Positions 63,750 to 64,000 of a DNA stretch of 64,000 nt are shown one piece after another. Below the pieces are notes generated by a model that was not told the origin of the DNA, did not search any database, and saw only the letters and a list, made by a program, of their open reading frames with translations. Position 1 is the stretch's first letter. Every line of letters begins with the position of its first letter. Both the position numbers and the translations under genes were made by a program. This DNA comes from Leucoraja erinacea. Lineage: Eukaryota. Where the stretch lies: assembly GCF_028641065.1 (NCBI RefSeq), contig NC_073383.1, positions 29,636,001 to 29,700,000 on the forward strand, given 5' to 3'.

Positions 63750-64000
63750 TGCCTTCATCAGTCAGAGTATTGAATATCGAAGTTGGGAGGTCATGTTGCA
63801 GTTATATAAGATGTTTGTGAGGCCATATTTAGTATTGTGTTCAGTTCTGGCCACCATGTTATGGAAATATGTTGTCAAGCTCGAAAGGGTGCAGAGAAGA
63901 TTTACGAGAATGTTGCCAGGATTTTAGGGCCTGAGCTATAGGGACAGGTTGAGCAGGCTAGGAATCTATTTCTTGGAGCACAGGAGAATGAGGGGTGATC
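63750..64000 (+). mobile_element. CR1 fragment running off the window
   Basis: AFISQSIEYRSWEVMLQLYK...LERVQRRFTRMLPG. Confidence 0.75.

Overview
This is eukaryotic genomic DNA from a vertebrate. The HE1-like SINEs, CR1/HER1-like LINEs and Penelope-derived repeats point to a cartilaginous fish, probably a skate or ray (inference). The window lies inside a + strand plakophilin-4 (PKP4/p0071) gene. Six GT-AG exons (27579-27691, 38401-38435, 48687-48818, 48964-49160, 53628-54198, 62917-63108) splice in frame into 1240 nt of the N-terminal head domain; I did not find the start-codon exon or the armadillo-repeat exons here. Nearly everything else is intronic transposon sequence: CR1, Rex/Babar, RTE-X, Penelope, SINE, Tc1, pogo/Tc2-like, hAT-like and Harbinger-like elements, often nested. 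No prokaryotic system or CRISPR array is present. The most notable observations are: (1) an ~850-bp inverted copy of downstream PKP4 intron sequence from ~41 kb away, sandwiched between two same-orientation Tc1 termini; (2) Penelope-derived mini-elements with hammerhead-ribozyme-like cores, fold-back structure and 11-12-bp target duplications; (3) two CR1 copies that share the same disabling mutations; (4) an unidentified decayed coding-like island on the antisense strand at ~16.9-19.0 kb; (5) a non-autonomous retroelement with a fully covarying GNRA stem-loop at its 3' end. Repeat boundaries without a stated TSD or TIR are approximate, and family names come from motif recognition, not database searches.
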